From Heterodontus francisci (Eukaryota): DNA of 64,000 nt. Below are positions 12,071-24,599 of this stretch, in pieces. Made by a program: the position numbers and the translations under genes. Below the pieces are notes generated by a model. The model did no database searches, was not told the origin of the DNA, and saw nothing but the letters and a program-made list of their open reading frames with translations. Numbering within the stretch: position 1 is the stretch's first letter; the number at the start of each line of letters is the position of its first letter. Where the stretch lies: the NCBI RefSeq assembly GCF_036365525.1, contig NC_090375.1:182373799-182437798 (forward strand), in the 5' to 3' direction.

Positions 12071-13428
12071 ACACTTTATTTCCTGACTAAATAATTGCCA
12101 TACCAAAGGCTGTGTAGCACTTTAGCACCAAATCTAAGAATGTGCAACACAGTTGGTACACCTTTGTTAGATTGCAGATCAACCTAAGTATGCTGATATT
12201 GAGCTGCATCATTACTGACCACCTCGTGTGTTTCAGTGCATGTATAGAGCTTGGCTTCTCTGCCAGATAATATTTTGATGTTGGATTATAGGCAAGAGTG
12301 TCTGTTTCTTCCTGATATAAAAAAAATCATATAAATCAATTGCTTTCGCATTTTTAAACTGGGGTTTCAAACTGGAGTGAAGTTAAATTTGAAGTAGTGT
12401 AAGATGGTTTCTATAGAAGGCCATGCAATTGCTTACGTTCAGTGGCTTGAGTGATGGCTAGGGACCTTGCTGCCATTTTTTGCATCAAGTGGGCATCTGA
12501 AACTTTTTTTTCTTCTGTTACAAGTTTGGCAGAGTAAGTACACCCTGAGTAATGTATTAAGTGCAATGCAAAAGATAGTTAGATATCTCAGTATTATTGT
12601 GATTTGGTTCAGCAGTTGATTTGATATTTTACAGTTTTAAAAGTGTGCAGCACAAAAATATTGTAATTATGCTTTTTATTACTGTTTTATGATTTAAACC
12701 CACCATTGAGACAATAAAACAAAAAAAAAGGATACTGCTTAGAGTATCTGCATTTTGCATTTCAGAGTATTGAGGATTTTTCTATTCTGGATTTATATTT
12801 TTTCTCCCAAATTTGATCAAATGAGGGCCCTGTCACTCTCGTTTGGTTTTACAAATCTATGCCATAAAGTAGACTGAAAATAGAAACTATGCCAGTAAAA
12901 CCCATTGTTAAAATATGCCACCATATTGAGACTTGCATTGCATTACATGAGGCATTTTAAAAACAATTGTAGTTTGCAAAAGTGTTACAGTTCCTCTTAA
13001 ATGTGTGTCCAACAATATTAGCTTTAGATGAGAATGTGAAATAAAAGGCAGTGTAGACGTTGGCTGCGTTGAGTGCTGTTGTGAATAGTGGCATTCACAA
13101 AATAGACTTCTTGTATACAGTACAGACAGTCTCTCTGGAGAGATCGTGTTGAGTGCATTTTGATTAGCTCCTTGGAGTGGTGCATTTTCAAAACTGGGCG
13201 ACGGCAGTTGCTTACAAATGAGTTTCTGGGTGATCGTGACCCAGAATAATACCGGTTACTCAAGTGCTGTCTTCTGCAATGTCAGTGTTAGCTTGCAGTG
13301 AATTGATTGCCACTTTTCAGCAGATCAGTTATTTGCTGTGCAGAAAGTGTTTAAGTTCCTAGTGTAACTGAACATTCTGCTATCTCCTTTTTTCATATAT
13401 ATCTGCTGAACTTCATTGGTGCTACCTC

Positions 13429-13435
13429 ATGGCAG
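13429..13435 (+). CDS. MTSS1: Candidate alternative start exon of MTSS1 (coding part M-A-G)
   Basis: ATG GCA G followed by a strong GTAAGA donor. Phase 1 joins exon 34296 to give MAGATREIGSAL. Lies in repeat-poor sequence. Inference only. Confidence 0.45.
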
Positions 13436-15146
13436 GTAAGAACATAAAACTCCTGCTACAGTTTTTGCGGTTGTGTAATCCAAGAAAATTTATGTTGAAA
13501 GAGGTACCTCAGTTATGTTTTTTATGCATATTAAAAAATAAAATTTTCTTCTAGTCCAAATCCTAGATTTAATGCAGAGGCAAATTTACTTTTGTTGTGT
13601 TTTTTCAGCTGAATCATTCAGCATTGGCCAAGTATAAATGATATACAGTTGATTATTGAAGAAAAACCTCCCACCGTTTGATTTTGGATTTGGCTAGGGC
13701 TAGGACTGTCCAGTAGATTTTCAACTTGGTGATGTAAACGCATGATATGTATCTCCTATAATGCTAATAATAAGCAGAAGAAAAACACACTACATCACTA
13801 AATTTAAATATGTTGAAAATGCATAGCAGGCTAAGTAGATGTCTGAGAGAGAAGAGATGCTTTCGTGTTTTGAGAGACACCATTCAAAAGAACTGCTTAG
13901 CTTGAGGTCGCGCCAGTTGTGAATCTTGTTCAGTTCATCTGAAACATAAATTGGATTGCCACCCTTTTTGGACTTGATATGAACATAACTGGATGTTTTT
14001 AGTCATATATTAAACATAGCAATGAACAGCATAGTGCTATTTGTAACTAGCTTAGCTTCTCATCTTTCTTTTGAGTAATCTTAAGACTAATGTTCTTGAA
14101 GTTAACTGGGTCAATTCTCAGAAGGCAAGATAAGAATTTTAGGCAGGGTTGAATGGACAGGACTGGGCAAAAAGTACTTGTAATCTATTAGGATATAGTG
14201 GCCTGAAAAGAATGTGCTCAGAAGGGAATAAATAGATTTTTTTTTCAATTGTCATCATGGAAATCAATTTCACACACTGTGCATTTGAAATTATCAGTGA
14301 ATATTGCTCAAATAGGTTTGTGATGTTTTTTCCATTGACCTATATTTCGACAGTTGTCAAAAATTAAATAGTTGAGAAGACAGATATTGAGGGGGTTTGA
14401 GAGATATTTTCTGTGGGAGTAATGACCTTATAAACTATTTAAGCACTACCAGCCAAACATAACAGGTGCAGGCATATTTAAATTTTGAACTTAATTTTTC
14501 CCATCTTCTCAAGGCACTGGCTCTTGCTGAGCTACATTTCCACCAGTGCTGGAAGCTCGCTAGTGCTTTGCCCAAATTCCTTCATGTGTGTACTTAGATG
14601 GCAACTTTCAGTAGGTTATTGGATTCTGGATGGGAGTGAAATAATTGCAGCAAAATCTAATACTGCCTTCACCTGCCAATGACACTTGCGCTATGTATTT
14701 CCCAGTGGAGGTCACTGTCTTTCTCCGCATCCCTTTCCCTCTCCATTGCTCCGTCTCTCTTGCTCTCCCTTTCCATAAAAAAGAACTTGGGAGCTCAGTT
14801 GCTTTAGTACCCACAGCTAAATTGAATTGAGGGTTAGGAGAGGAGAGAACATGTATGTTGCAATTGTGAATGTGTCTCTGCTTTTCCCATGCCTGATCCA
14901 AATAGAACAGTAGTTTAATATTACTGAACATGTTGATATTGATTTTTGTTTCCTGAATTAGTGAAAATTTTCGTCAATCAAGTCAAGGGGTGACGGGTAC
15001 CGTGAGCAACTGTCTATTCTCCACAATACAGGCACAAGCTAATTACAGTAGTCAGGGCAGCTGAATAAAAAACATCTGTGCAGGCATTTCACAACAGGTA
15101 CTTTTACGTTACTTAAGTTACTTAAGTAACAGTTTTACTTGTTAAC

Positions 15147-17428
15147 TCCTATCCTTGAGCAGGGGCCCTAACAATCCCACTGCCTTGTGAGCATCTCAGG
15201 AGAGACCAAGGCTAAGGGAGTAAACCCTAACAGAACATCCGGGGCGGAACCTCTAAGGCGGTCATGTCACCTTTGGCATGTTTCCGGCAGTTCCTGTAGC
15301 CATACCAGTGCCACACGTTGTGCTCTGCACTCCTTTGAACCCCACGAGTAAGGCTGAGAGGGGGGGGGTCTTGACGCTTAGGTAATTCACAACCTCCATA
15401 CATCCGCCCAGGCATGCGCCATGGAGAGGTCACTCCATAGTCGCCTCACCGTGATCAAAACAACAGCAGTTACAGGTTATAAGTCCAGCTCAATTGGCAT
15501 AGAGATTGGGCGCCAGGGGTTGCCCTTGTCGGTGGGAGAGGTCATCGCATCTCACTGGACAGCTACCACCCGCCTCAAACCGGGCAGCCCCCGGTCAGAA
15601 AGGTTCTGTCCCACCACAGTCCACCTGCTTCAATGGGTGCTTGGAGCTTAGGGTCATTGCCCAACAAACGGACTGTAACACCGCACCAAACAGCACGACA
15701 AAAAAAGGAAACAAGGTACTAGCCCTTCAATTTCCAAGCTGGAACGTTAGAACTGTGTGTCCTGGCCTTACACAAATCAACGACTCTCGTAAGACCGCCA
15801 TCATTAACAACGAGCTCAGTAGACTCAATTGTGGACATTGCAGCACTTCAGGAGACACGCCTCCCTGCGAGCGGATCTCTAAGACTACACTTTCTACTGG
15901 CAGGGTAGGGATCCTAAAGAACCAAGACAGCATGGAGTGGGCTTCGCCATCAGAAACTCTTTGCTCAGCATGATAGGGCCACCTTCAAATGGCTCGGAAT
16001 GCATACTGTCCATCCGACTGCTCACCGCCTCTGGTCCAGTACACCTACTCAGCATCTATGCTCCAACACTCTGCTCCCCGCCTGAAGTTAAAGACCAGTT
16101 CTACGGGAACATAATATCATTAGTAGCATTCCTAATACCAAACATTTGTTCCTGCTGGGGGACTTTAATGCCATGGTTAGGGCCGACCATGACTCTTGGC
16201 CCTCCTGCCTTGGGCACTATGGCATTGGAAGGATGAATGAGAATGGACAGAGACTGCTGGAGTTGTGTACCTATCACAACCTCTGCATCACCAACTCATT
16301 TCATACTAAACCCTGTCACCAGGTTTCTTGGAGGCACCCAGGATCACATCGTTGGCACCAGCTGGACCTCATCGTCACAAGGCGAGCCTCTATAAACAGT
16401 GTCCAAATCACACGCAGCTTCCAAAGTGCGGACTGCGACACTGACCACTCCCTGGTGTGCAGCAAAGTTAGGCTCAAACCAAAGAAACTACATCACTCTA
16501 AGCAGAAGGGCTGCCCGCGCATCAACACTAACAGAATTTCTTATCCACAGCTGTTACATAAATTTCTAAATTCACTTGAAAAAGCCCTTCAAAACACTCC
16601 TGCAGGGGATGCAGAGACCAAGTGGGCCCACATCAGAGAGGCCATCTATGACTCAGCAATGACCACCTTTGGCAAATGTGAGAAGCAGAATGCAGACTGG
16701 TTTCAATCTCACTTTGAAGAGCTGGAACCTGTCATGGCCGCTAAGCGCACTGCACTGTTGAACTACAAGAAAGCCCCCAGCAAGTTAACATCCGTAGCAC
16801 AAAGAACAGTCAGGTGCTGTGCAAATGACTACTGGCAACACCTATGCAGTCGTCTTCAGCTGGCCTCCAACACCGGAAACATCACAGCAATGTATGATGG
16901 CATTAAGAGAGCTTTTGGGCCAACCATCAAGAAGATCATCCCCCTCAAGTCTAAATCAGGGGACACGATCACTGACCAACGCAAGCAAATGGACGGCTGG
17001 GTGGAACACTACCTAGAACTGTACTCCAGGGAAAATGTTGTCACTGAGACCGCCCTCAATGCAACCCTGTCTCTGCCAGTCATGGATGAGCTGGACGTAC
17101 AGCCAACAAAATCGGATCTCAGTGATGCCATTGATTCTCTAGCCAGCGGAAAAGCCCCTGGGAAGGATGGCATTACCCCTGAAATAATCAAGAGTGCCAA
17201 GCCTGCTGTACTTTCAGCTCTGCACGAACTGCTTTGCCTGTGCTGGGATGAGGGAGCAGTACCACAGGACATGCGCGATGCCAATATCATCACCCTCTAT
17301 AAGAACAAGGGTGACCGCGGTGACTGCAACAACAACCATGGAATGTCCCTGCTCAGCATAGTGGGGATAGTCTTCGCTCGGGTCGCTTTAAACAGGCTCC
17401 AGAAGCTGGCTGAGCATGTCTACCCTGA
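15147..17428 (+). mobile_element. RTE-clade LINE, 5' end present, 3' half missing
   Basis: Same family as 5042-9531. 5'UTR, endonuclease and RT start (ORF 16146-17486). Homology stops at ..HVYPE. Confidence 0.92.
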
Positions 17429-17717
17429 ACCTCAGACCATTGGTCTGCATGTCTTAGGACAGCAGCAGATGGTAGATAGTTATTAGTACACTAGAGAGCC
17501 ACTTTTTCTTTGAGGACTCGTTCTGAAGTTCTTCTGATTTTATTTAATGACATGAATCATTCCACACTTGTCAAAAGGACTTGCATTTATATAGTGCCTT
17601 GTTATGAGTGAACATCCAATACAGTGATTTACTTTGGAATGCATTAATTTTAATGTAGGCAAAGTATAGTGTTTGAAAATGGTACTTAGTAATACATCTG
17701 TGAATATGTACATCCAA

Positions 17718-18105
17718 GCAGACTCGGAGGGCGGAGTTCCAGAGCGGTGAGTATATAAAAAAACTTACCTCGGGGATTCTCGGAGCAGACTCGGAGGGCG
17801 GAGTTCCAGAGCGTGAGTATATAAAAAAACTTACCTCGGGGATTCTCGGAGCAGACTCGGAGGGCGGAGTTCCAGAGCGTGAGTATATAAAAAAACTTAC
17901 CTCGGGGATTCTCGGAGCAGACTCGGAGGGCGGAGTTCCAGAGCGTGAGTATATAAAAAAACTTAGCTCGGGGATTCTCGGAGCAGACTCGGAGGGCAGA
18001 GTTCCAGAGCGGTGAGTATATAAAAAAACTTAGCTCGGGGATTCTCAGAGCAGACTCGGAGGGCGGAGTTCCAGAGCGGTGAGTATACGTAGTAAGTTAC
18101 CTCGG
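17718..18105 (+). repeat. Tandem array of 66-67 bp monomers (5 full + 1 partial) forming the CR1 5'UTR
   Basis: Units start at 17718, 17785, 17851, 17917, 17983 and 18050 (GCAGACTCGGAGGGCGGAGTTCCAGAGCG..TATATAAAAAAACTTACCTCGGGGATTCTCGGA). Confidence 0.95.
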
Positions 18106-18394
18106 GTGGGAGAAAAAACTGAAAAAGTGACGTCACAGGAAAGCTGTGACCTGATTGGCTGGTAGGGAATCTGTCCCAAATTTGTAAATAAAACTGATAA
18201 AAACTGATTAAAACACTAATTAACTAATTAATAAGTAGAGTAACTAAACCAGAGGGAGTAGATTACTGTATTTAGACAGCATTTAATATTTATTGTAGAA
18301 ATCTAGCACTAGGGACCACATAGTGAAGTGTATCATAATCTAGTAAGGATTTAATAAGTATTTATTTATATCAATTAACTAATTAGTGATAGAA

Positions 18395-19320
18395 ATGACA
18401 GTAAGAGGGGTGAAGTGCTTCACCTGTGAGATGTGGGAAGTCCGTGACACTTCCAGCGTTCCGGGTGACTACATCTGCAGGAAGTGTATCCAGTTGCAGC
18501 TCCTCACAGACCGCATGGATCGGTTGGAGCGGCAACTGGATGCACTTAGGAGCATGCAGGTGGCGGAAAGCGTCATAGACAGGAGTTTTAGAGAAGTGGT
18601 TACACCCAAAGTGCAGGCAGATAGATGGGTGACTGCTAAAAGGGGCAGGCAGTCAGTGCAGGAATCCCCTGTGGCTATCCCCCTCTCTAACAAGTATACC
18701 ATTTTGGATACTGTTGGGGGGGATGGCCTATCAGGGGAAAACAGCAGCAGCCAGAGCAGTGGCTCCACGGCTGGCACTGTTGTTCAGCAGGGAGGGACAA
18801 AGCGCAGAAGAGCAATAGTTATAGGGGACTGTATATTCAGGGGCACAGATAGGCACTTCTGTGGACATGAAAGAGACTCCAGGAAGGTATGTTGCCTCCC
18901 TGGTACCAGGGTCAAGGATGTCTCTGAACGGACAGGGGGCATTCTGAAGGGGGAGGGTGAACAGCCAGAGGTTGTGGTACACATCGGTACCAATGACATA
19001 GGCAGGAAGAGTGATGAGGTCCTGCAGGGGGAGTTTAGGGAGTTAGGTAGTAAGTTTAAAAAAACAGGTCCTCCAGGGTTGTAATCTCTGGATTACTCCC
19101 TGTGCCATGTGCCAGTGAGGCTAGAAATAGGGAGATAGTGCAGCTAAACACGTGGCTAAGCAGCTGGTGTAGAAAGGAGGGTTTCAGATATCTGGACCAT
19201 TGGGCTCTCTTCAGGGACAGATGGGACCTGTACAAGAAGGACGGGTTGCATCTAAACTGGAAGGGCACTAATATCCTGGCTGCAAGGTTTGCTAGCTTCA
19301 CTCGGGAGGGTTTAAACTAG
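18395..19320 (+). pseudogene. CR1 ORF1 (zinc finger, coiled coil, SGNH esterase), one frameshift near 19060
   Basis: CFTCEMW..YICRKC, LSNKY..L, VIGDCI.RG, CCLPG, VVHIGTND, then in another frame LNTWL..WC and DGLHLN. Confidence 0.9.
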
Positions 19321-22256
19321 TGTGGCAGGGGGGTAGGAACCAGAGCAGTTGGACAGCTAGTGAAGTAAATGAGGAGGACATAGTAAATAAGGCCAGTAGG
19401 ACTAAGAGGAAGAGCAGGCAGGGAGATGTTGCTGAGCACAGCGGGACTGGTGGTCTGAAGTGCATTTGTTTCAATGCGAGAAGTATAACAGGTAAGGCAG
19501 ATGAACTTAGAGCTTGGATTAGTACTTGGAAATATGATGTTGCTATTACAGAGACTTGGTTGAGGGAAGGGCAGGATAGGCAGCTAAATGTTCCAGGCTT
19601 TAGAAGCTTCAGGCGGGATAGAGGGGGATGTAAAAGGGGTGGGGGAGTTGAATTACTGGTTAAGGAGAATATCACAGCTGTACTGCGGGAGGACACCTCA
19701 GAGGGGTCATGCAGCAAGGCAATATGGGTGGAGCTCAGGAATAGGAAGGGTGCAGTCACGATGTTGGGGGTTTACTACAGGCCTCCCAACAGCCAGCGGG
19801 AGGTAGAGGAGCAGATATGTAGCCAGGTTTTGGAAAGATGTAAAGGTAAGAGGGTTGTAGTGGTGGGTGATTTTAACTTCCCCAATATTGACTGGGACTC
19901 ACTTAGTGCCAGGGGCTTGGATGGGGCAGAATTTGTGAGGAGCATCCAGGAGGGCTTCTTGAAACAGTATGTAGATAGTCCAACTAGGGATGGGGCCATT
20001 CTGGACCTGGTATTGGGGAATGAGCCCAGCCAGGTGGTCGAAGTTTCAGTGGGGGAGCATTTCGGGAGCAGTGACCATAATTCCAAAAGCTTTAAGGTAC
20101 TTGTGGATAAGGATAAGAGTAGTCCTCGGGTGAAGGTGCTAAATTGGGGGAAGGCTAATTATAACAATATTAGGCAGGAACTGAAGAATTTAGATTGGGA
20201 GCGGCTGTTTGAGGGTAAATCAACATCTGACATGTGGGAGTCTTTCAAACGTCAACTGATTAGAATCCAGGACCAGCATGTTCCTGTGAGGAAGAAAGAC
20301 AAGTTTGGCAAGTTTCGGGAAGCTTGGATAACACGGGATATTGTGAGCCTAGTCAAAAAGAAAAAGGAAGCATTTGTAAGGGCTGTAAGGCTAGGAACAG
20401 ATGAAGCACTTGAAGAATATAAAGACCATAGGAAGGAACATAAGCAATGAGTTAGGAGGGCTAAAAGGGGTCATGAAAAGTCATTGGCAAACAGGATTAA
20501 GGAAAATCCCAAGGCTTCTCATACATATATAAACAGCAAGAGGGTAACCAGGGAAAGGATCGGCCCACTCAAGGACAGAGGAGGGAATCTATGTGTGGAG
20601 CCAGAGGAAATGGGCGAGGTGCAAAATGAGTACTTTGCATCAGTATTCACCAAAGAGAAGGACTTGGTGGATGATGAGCCTCGGGAAGGGAGTGTAGATC
20701 GTCTCAATCATCTCATTATCAAAAAGGAGGAGGTGTTGGGTGTCTTGCAAAGCATTAAGGTAGATAAGTCCCCAGGGCCTGATGGGATCTACCCTAGAAT
20801 ACTGAGGGAGGCAAGGGAAGGAATTTCTGGGGCCTTGACAGAAATCTTTGCATCCTCATTGGCTACAGGTGAGGTCCCAGAGGACTGTAGAATAGCCAAT
20901 GTTGTTCCTTTGTTTAAGAAGGGTAGCAAGGATAATCCAGGAAATTATAGGCCGGTGAGCCTTACGTCAGTGGTAGGAAAACTATTAGAGAGGATTCTTC
21001 GGGACAGGATTTACTCCCATTTGGAAACAAACGAACTTATTAGCGAGAGACAGCATGGTTTTGTGAAGGGGAGGTTGTGTCTTACTAATTTGATTGAGTT
21101 TTTTGAGGAAGTGACGAAGATGATTGATGAGGGAAGGGCGGTGGATGTTGTCTATATGGACTTCAGTAAAGCCTTTGACAAGGTCCCGCATGGCAGACTG
21201 GTGCAAAAGGTGAAGTCACACGGGATCAGAGGTGAGCTGGCAAGATGGATACAGAACTGGCTCAGTCACAGAAGACAGAGGGTGACAGTGGATGAGTGTT
21301 TTTCTGAATGGAGGGATGTGACTAGTGGTGTTCCGCAGGTATCAGTGCTGGGACCTTTGCTGTTTCTAGTATATATGAATGATTTGGAGAAAAATGTAGC
21401 TGGTCTGATTAGTAAGTTTGCGGACGACACAAAGGTTGGTGGAGTTGCGGATAATGATGAGGATTGTCAGAGGATACAGCAGGATATAGATCAGTTGGAG
21501 ACTTGGGCGGAGAAATGGCAGATGGAGTTTAATCCGGACAAATGTGAGGTAATGCATTTTGGAAGATCTAATGCAGGTGGGAAGTATACAGTCAATGGCA
21601 GAACCCTTAGGAGTATTGACAGGCAGAGAGATCTGGGCGTACAGGTCTACAGGTCACTGAAAGTGGCAACGCAGGTGGATAAGGTAGTCAAGAAGGCATA
21701 CGGCATGCTTGCCTTCATCGGTCGGGGCATAGAGTATAAAAATTGGCAAGTCATGTTGCAGCTGTACAGAACCTTAGTTAGGCCACACTTAGAATATTGC
21801 GTGCAATTCTGGTCGCCACACTAACAGAAGGACATGGAGGCTTTGGAGAGGGTACGGAGGAGGTTTACCAGGATGTTGCCTGGTCTGGAGGGCATTAGCT
21901 ATGAGGAGAGGTGGAAAAACTCGGATTGTTTTCACTGGAACGACGGAGGTGGAGGGGCGACATGATAGAGGTTTACAAAGTTATGAGCGGCATGGACAGA
22001 GTGGATAGTCAGAAGCTTTTTCCCAGGGTGGAAGAGTCAGTTACTAGGGGACATAGGTTTAAGGTGCGAGGGGCAAAGTTTAGAGGGGATGTGCGAGGCA
22101 AGATTTTTTACACAGAGGGTGGTGAGTGCCTGGAACTTGCTGCTGGGGGAGGTGGTGGAAGCAGATACGATAGCGACGTTTAAGAGACATCTTGACAAAT
22201 ACATGAATAGGAAGGGAATAGAGGGATATGGGCCCCGGAAGTGCGGAAGGTGTTAG
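19320..22256 (+). pseudogene. CR1 ORF2 (AP endonuclease + RT), stops at about 20448 and 21822 and a late frameshift
   Basis: FNARSI, ITETWL, GVYYRPP, GDFNFP, SDHN, KSPGPDG, NYRPVSLTS, QHGFVKG, MDFSKAFD, GVPQ.SVLGP, KFADDTK, RPHLEYCVQFWSP. Confidence 0.93.
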
Positions 22257-22374
22257 TTTCGGCAGGCATCAAGATCGGCGCAGGCTTGGCGGGCCGAATG
22301 GCCTGTTCCTGTGCTGTACTGTTCCTTGTTCTTTGTCATAGTACCTGAAAGCTTGAAGGTTTTTTTGATCGAGT

Positions 22375-22970
22375 TAAAAAAGCATATAAGATCCTTGGTT
22401 TTATAAGTAGCTGTGCTGAACCATTATAAATCACTAATTAAGCTTCAACTGTAGTATTGTGTCAAATTCTGGTCACTGCATGATAAGAAGTAGTCAAGGG
22501 TTTGGACAGGGCTTTGGTAGAATGGTACCAGAAATAAGGGATTTCAGTAACATGGAGAGACGAGAGATGCTGGGATTGCTCCGCTTGGAGCAGACAGAGA
22601 AGGTTAAAGGAAGATTTAATAAAGGCGTTCAAAATCATGAGTTTTTTAGAAAGTAAGTTACAAGAAACTGTTTAGACTTGCTGAAGGGTCACTAATCGGA
22701 GGACATCAACTTAAAGAGTCAGTGGTGACATGAGGAATTTTTTACGCAGTGAGTTATGAACTGGACTGCATTGCCTGAAGGTTTAGTGGAAGCAGATTCA
22801 GTAGTAACTTTCAAAAAGGAATTAGATAAATACTTGGAGAGAAAATTGCAAAGCTGTGGGGAAAGAGCAGAGGAGTGGAACTAATTGGATAGCTTTTTCA
22901 AAGCACTAGCACAGACTTGGTGTGCTGAGTAGCAGCATTCTGTGCTGTAATATTTAATGATTCTATGAAG
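22375..22970 (+). mobile_element. Older CR1 3' fragment
   Basis: Degenerate ORF2 end (YCVKFWS, RMVPEIRDFS) and 3'UTR. Confidence 0.65.
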
Positions 22971-23399
22971 TTAGCAAGTGGTTCAAACGTTGACCCATTT
23001 TCTTTCTGACACTACCTCAGAGATAACCTAAAAAGCTTTCAATAGCCAAGGGACTCCTCTTTCTTTGAAGATAACTAGTATGATATTTTTATTTTTAATC
23101 TTTAAGTAACAGTCAAACAGAGGATAGTGTAACAGAGTTAGCATACTGTCATTTTCAGTTCTAAGGCATGAGTTAAAACCCAGTTCAGTCTGAGGAGATG
23201 CAAGTTGTCTCTTCCTGTTCCCTGTAAGTGTTTTTGGCATTAGACCTTGGCTAGCCTTGACGCAGCTCCTAATGGGTGTTTGGCAGGGGTGGGGAGCTGA
23301 TGGAGCAGAACCTTGCCTTTGTAGTTGGATGATTCTAACTGAATATAATCCTGTATGGGCACAGTCTTTTGTTTTGCATTCTAAAGTGAAACCATTGCA

Positions 23400-23900
23400 T
23401 TGTATTTGATTTCCTTGCATCTTGTCAATTCCAAAACTTTGCCATATCCTAACTTGCAAAAACCCCTTCACTCAATACTTCTATGCTCACTGACCTACAT
23501 TGGCTCCCAGTCCCGCAGTGCTTCCATTTTAAAGTTCTCATCCTTGTGTTCAAATCCCTCCATGGCCTTGCTCCTCACTATTTATGTAATCTCCTCCAAC
23601 CTTCAGAGAGCTCTGTATTCCTCCAACTATGGCTTCTTGCACTTCCCCTGCTTCCTTCACTACACCATTGGAGGATGTGCCTTCAGCCATCTTGACTCTC
23701 TCTGGAATTCTCTCCCTAAACCTTGCCGTCTCTCCACCTTGCCCTCCTCCTTTAAGATGTCCTTTAAAACCTACCTCTTTGACCAAGCTTTTGGTCACCT
23801 ATCCTAATGCCTCCTCCTTTGGTTTGCAGTCAAATTTTGCTTGTTAACACTGCTGTGAATCGCATTGGATGTTTTACTATGTTAAAGATGCTCTATAAAC
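23400..23900 (+). mobile_element. L2-type LINE 3' fragment
   Basis: LTDLHWLPVPQCFHFKVLILVFKSLHGLAPHYL, IGGCAFS, LWNSLP, FK..LKTYLFDQAF. A similar tail is at about 40600-40790. Confidence 0.75.
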
Positions 23901-24599
23901 CCTATACCCCAAGGACTACAGTTCAAGAAGGCAGCTCCCCACCACCTTCTCGAGGGCAATTAGGGACGGGCAGTAAATGCTGGCCTAGCCAGCCATGCCC
24001 ACATCCCATGAATGAATTTTAAAAAATGCAAGTTGTTCATTCAACTTCTGCAAGGATACTTCTCAAAGACGCCACATTCTCACAATACTTTTAAATATAT
24101 GAGCCTTCATAAATATTTTCACATAGATATCCTGTTGCTCTGCAGTAAGAAACATATTGTTTGCAAATGAGTGGGCTGTTGGCTGTACTTCTGTACGGTT
24201 GCCCTTTTCCCTGCAATTCAGGAAGTTTTCTTGTCAAGGAGACAGCTATAGAAAGTTCCTGGAATTCAAAACAAAATTACTAATGAAGGGTGTTCTTATT
24301 TGCTCATTAGCAGTACCCAGAATGTTCACTGTCAGTAATGCCAGACGTTCTCTTAGTGAAGTAACTAAGCTCTTTAAGGTTTATACAGACTGTGATGCAT
24401 CTTGAGGTTTTTTTCTTCCTGAAGCTGATGTTCATCAGTTAAGCAGCTTCAGCCATAACTGGCCCAGTATTTGCTGTTAATAGATGGTGGGTTTCAGCTT
24501 TCTTTAAAGAAAAAAGGTGGTGCACGATCATTTGCCAGCATGTATCTCTCTCAGCTATGTCATCTGAGAGTTTTGACTCTGCTGGTTGCAAAACTAGAT

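Larger units (their letters stand above)
17718..22335 (+). mobile_element. Near full-length CR1 LINE (5' monomer array, ORF1, ORF2, 3'UTR)
   Basis: ORF1 has a CxxC..CxxC finger and an SGNH esterase. ORF2 has endonuclease and RT. CR1 3'UTR with a tgttc-type tail. Few disabling lesions. Confidence 0.95.

Noticed and set aside
15108-15131. GTTACTTAAGTTACTTAAGTAAC palindrome next to the RTE 5' end
   Set aside because: A short AT-rich duplication with no second occurrence or functional support.
17718-18105. CRISPR-like regular repeat array
   Set aside because: Units are contiguous with no unique spacers, the context is vertebrate, and the array is the CR1 5'UTR.
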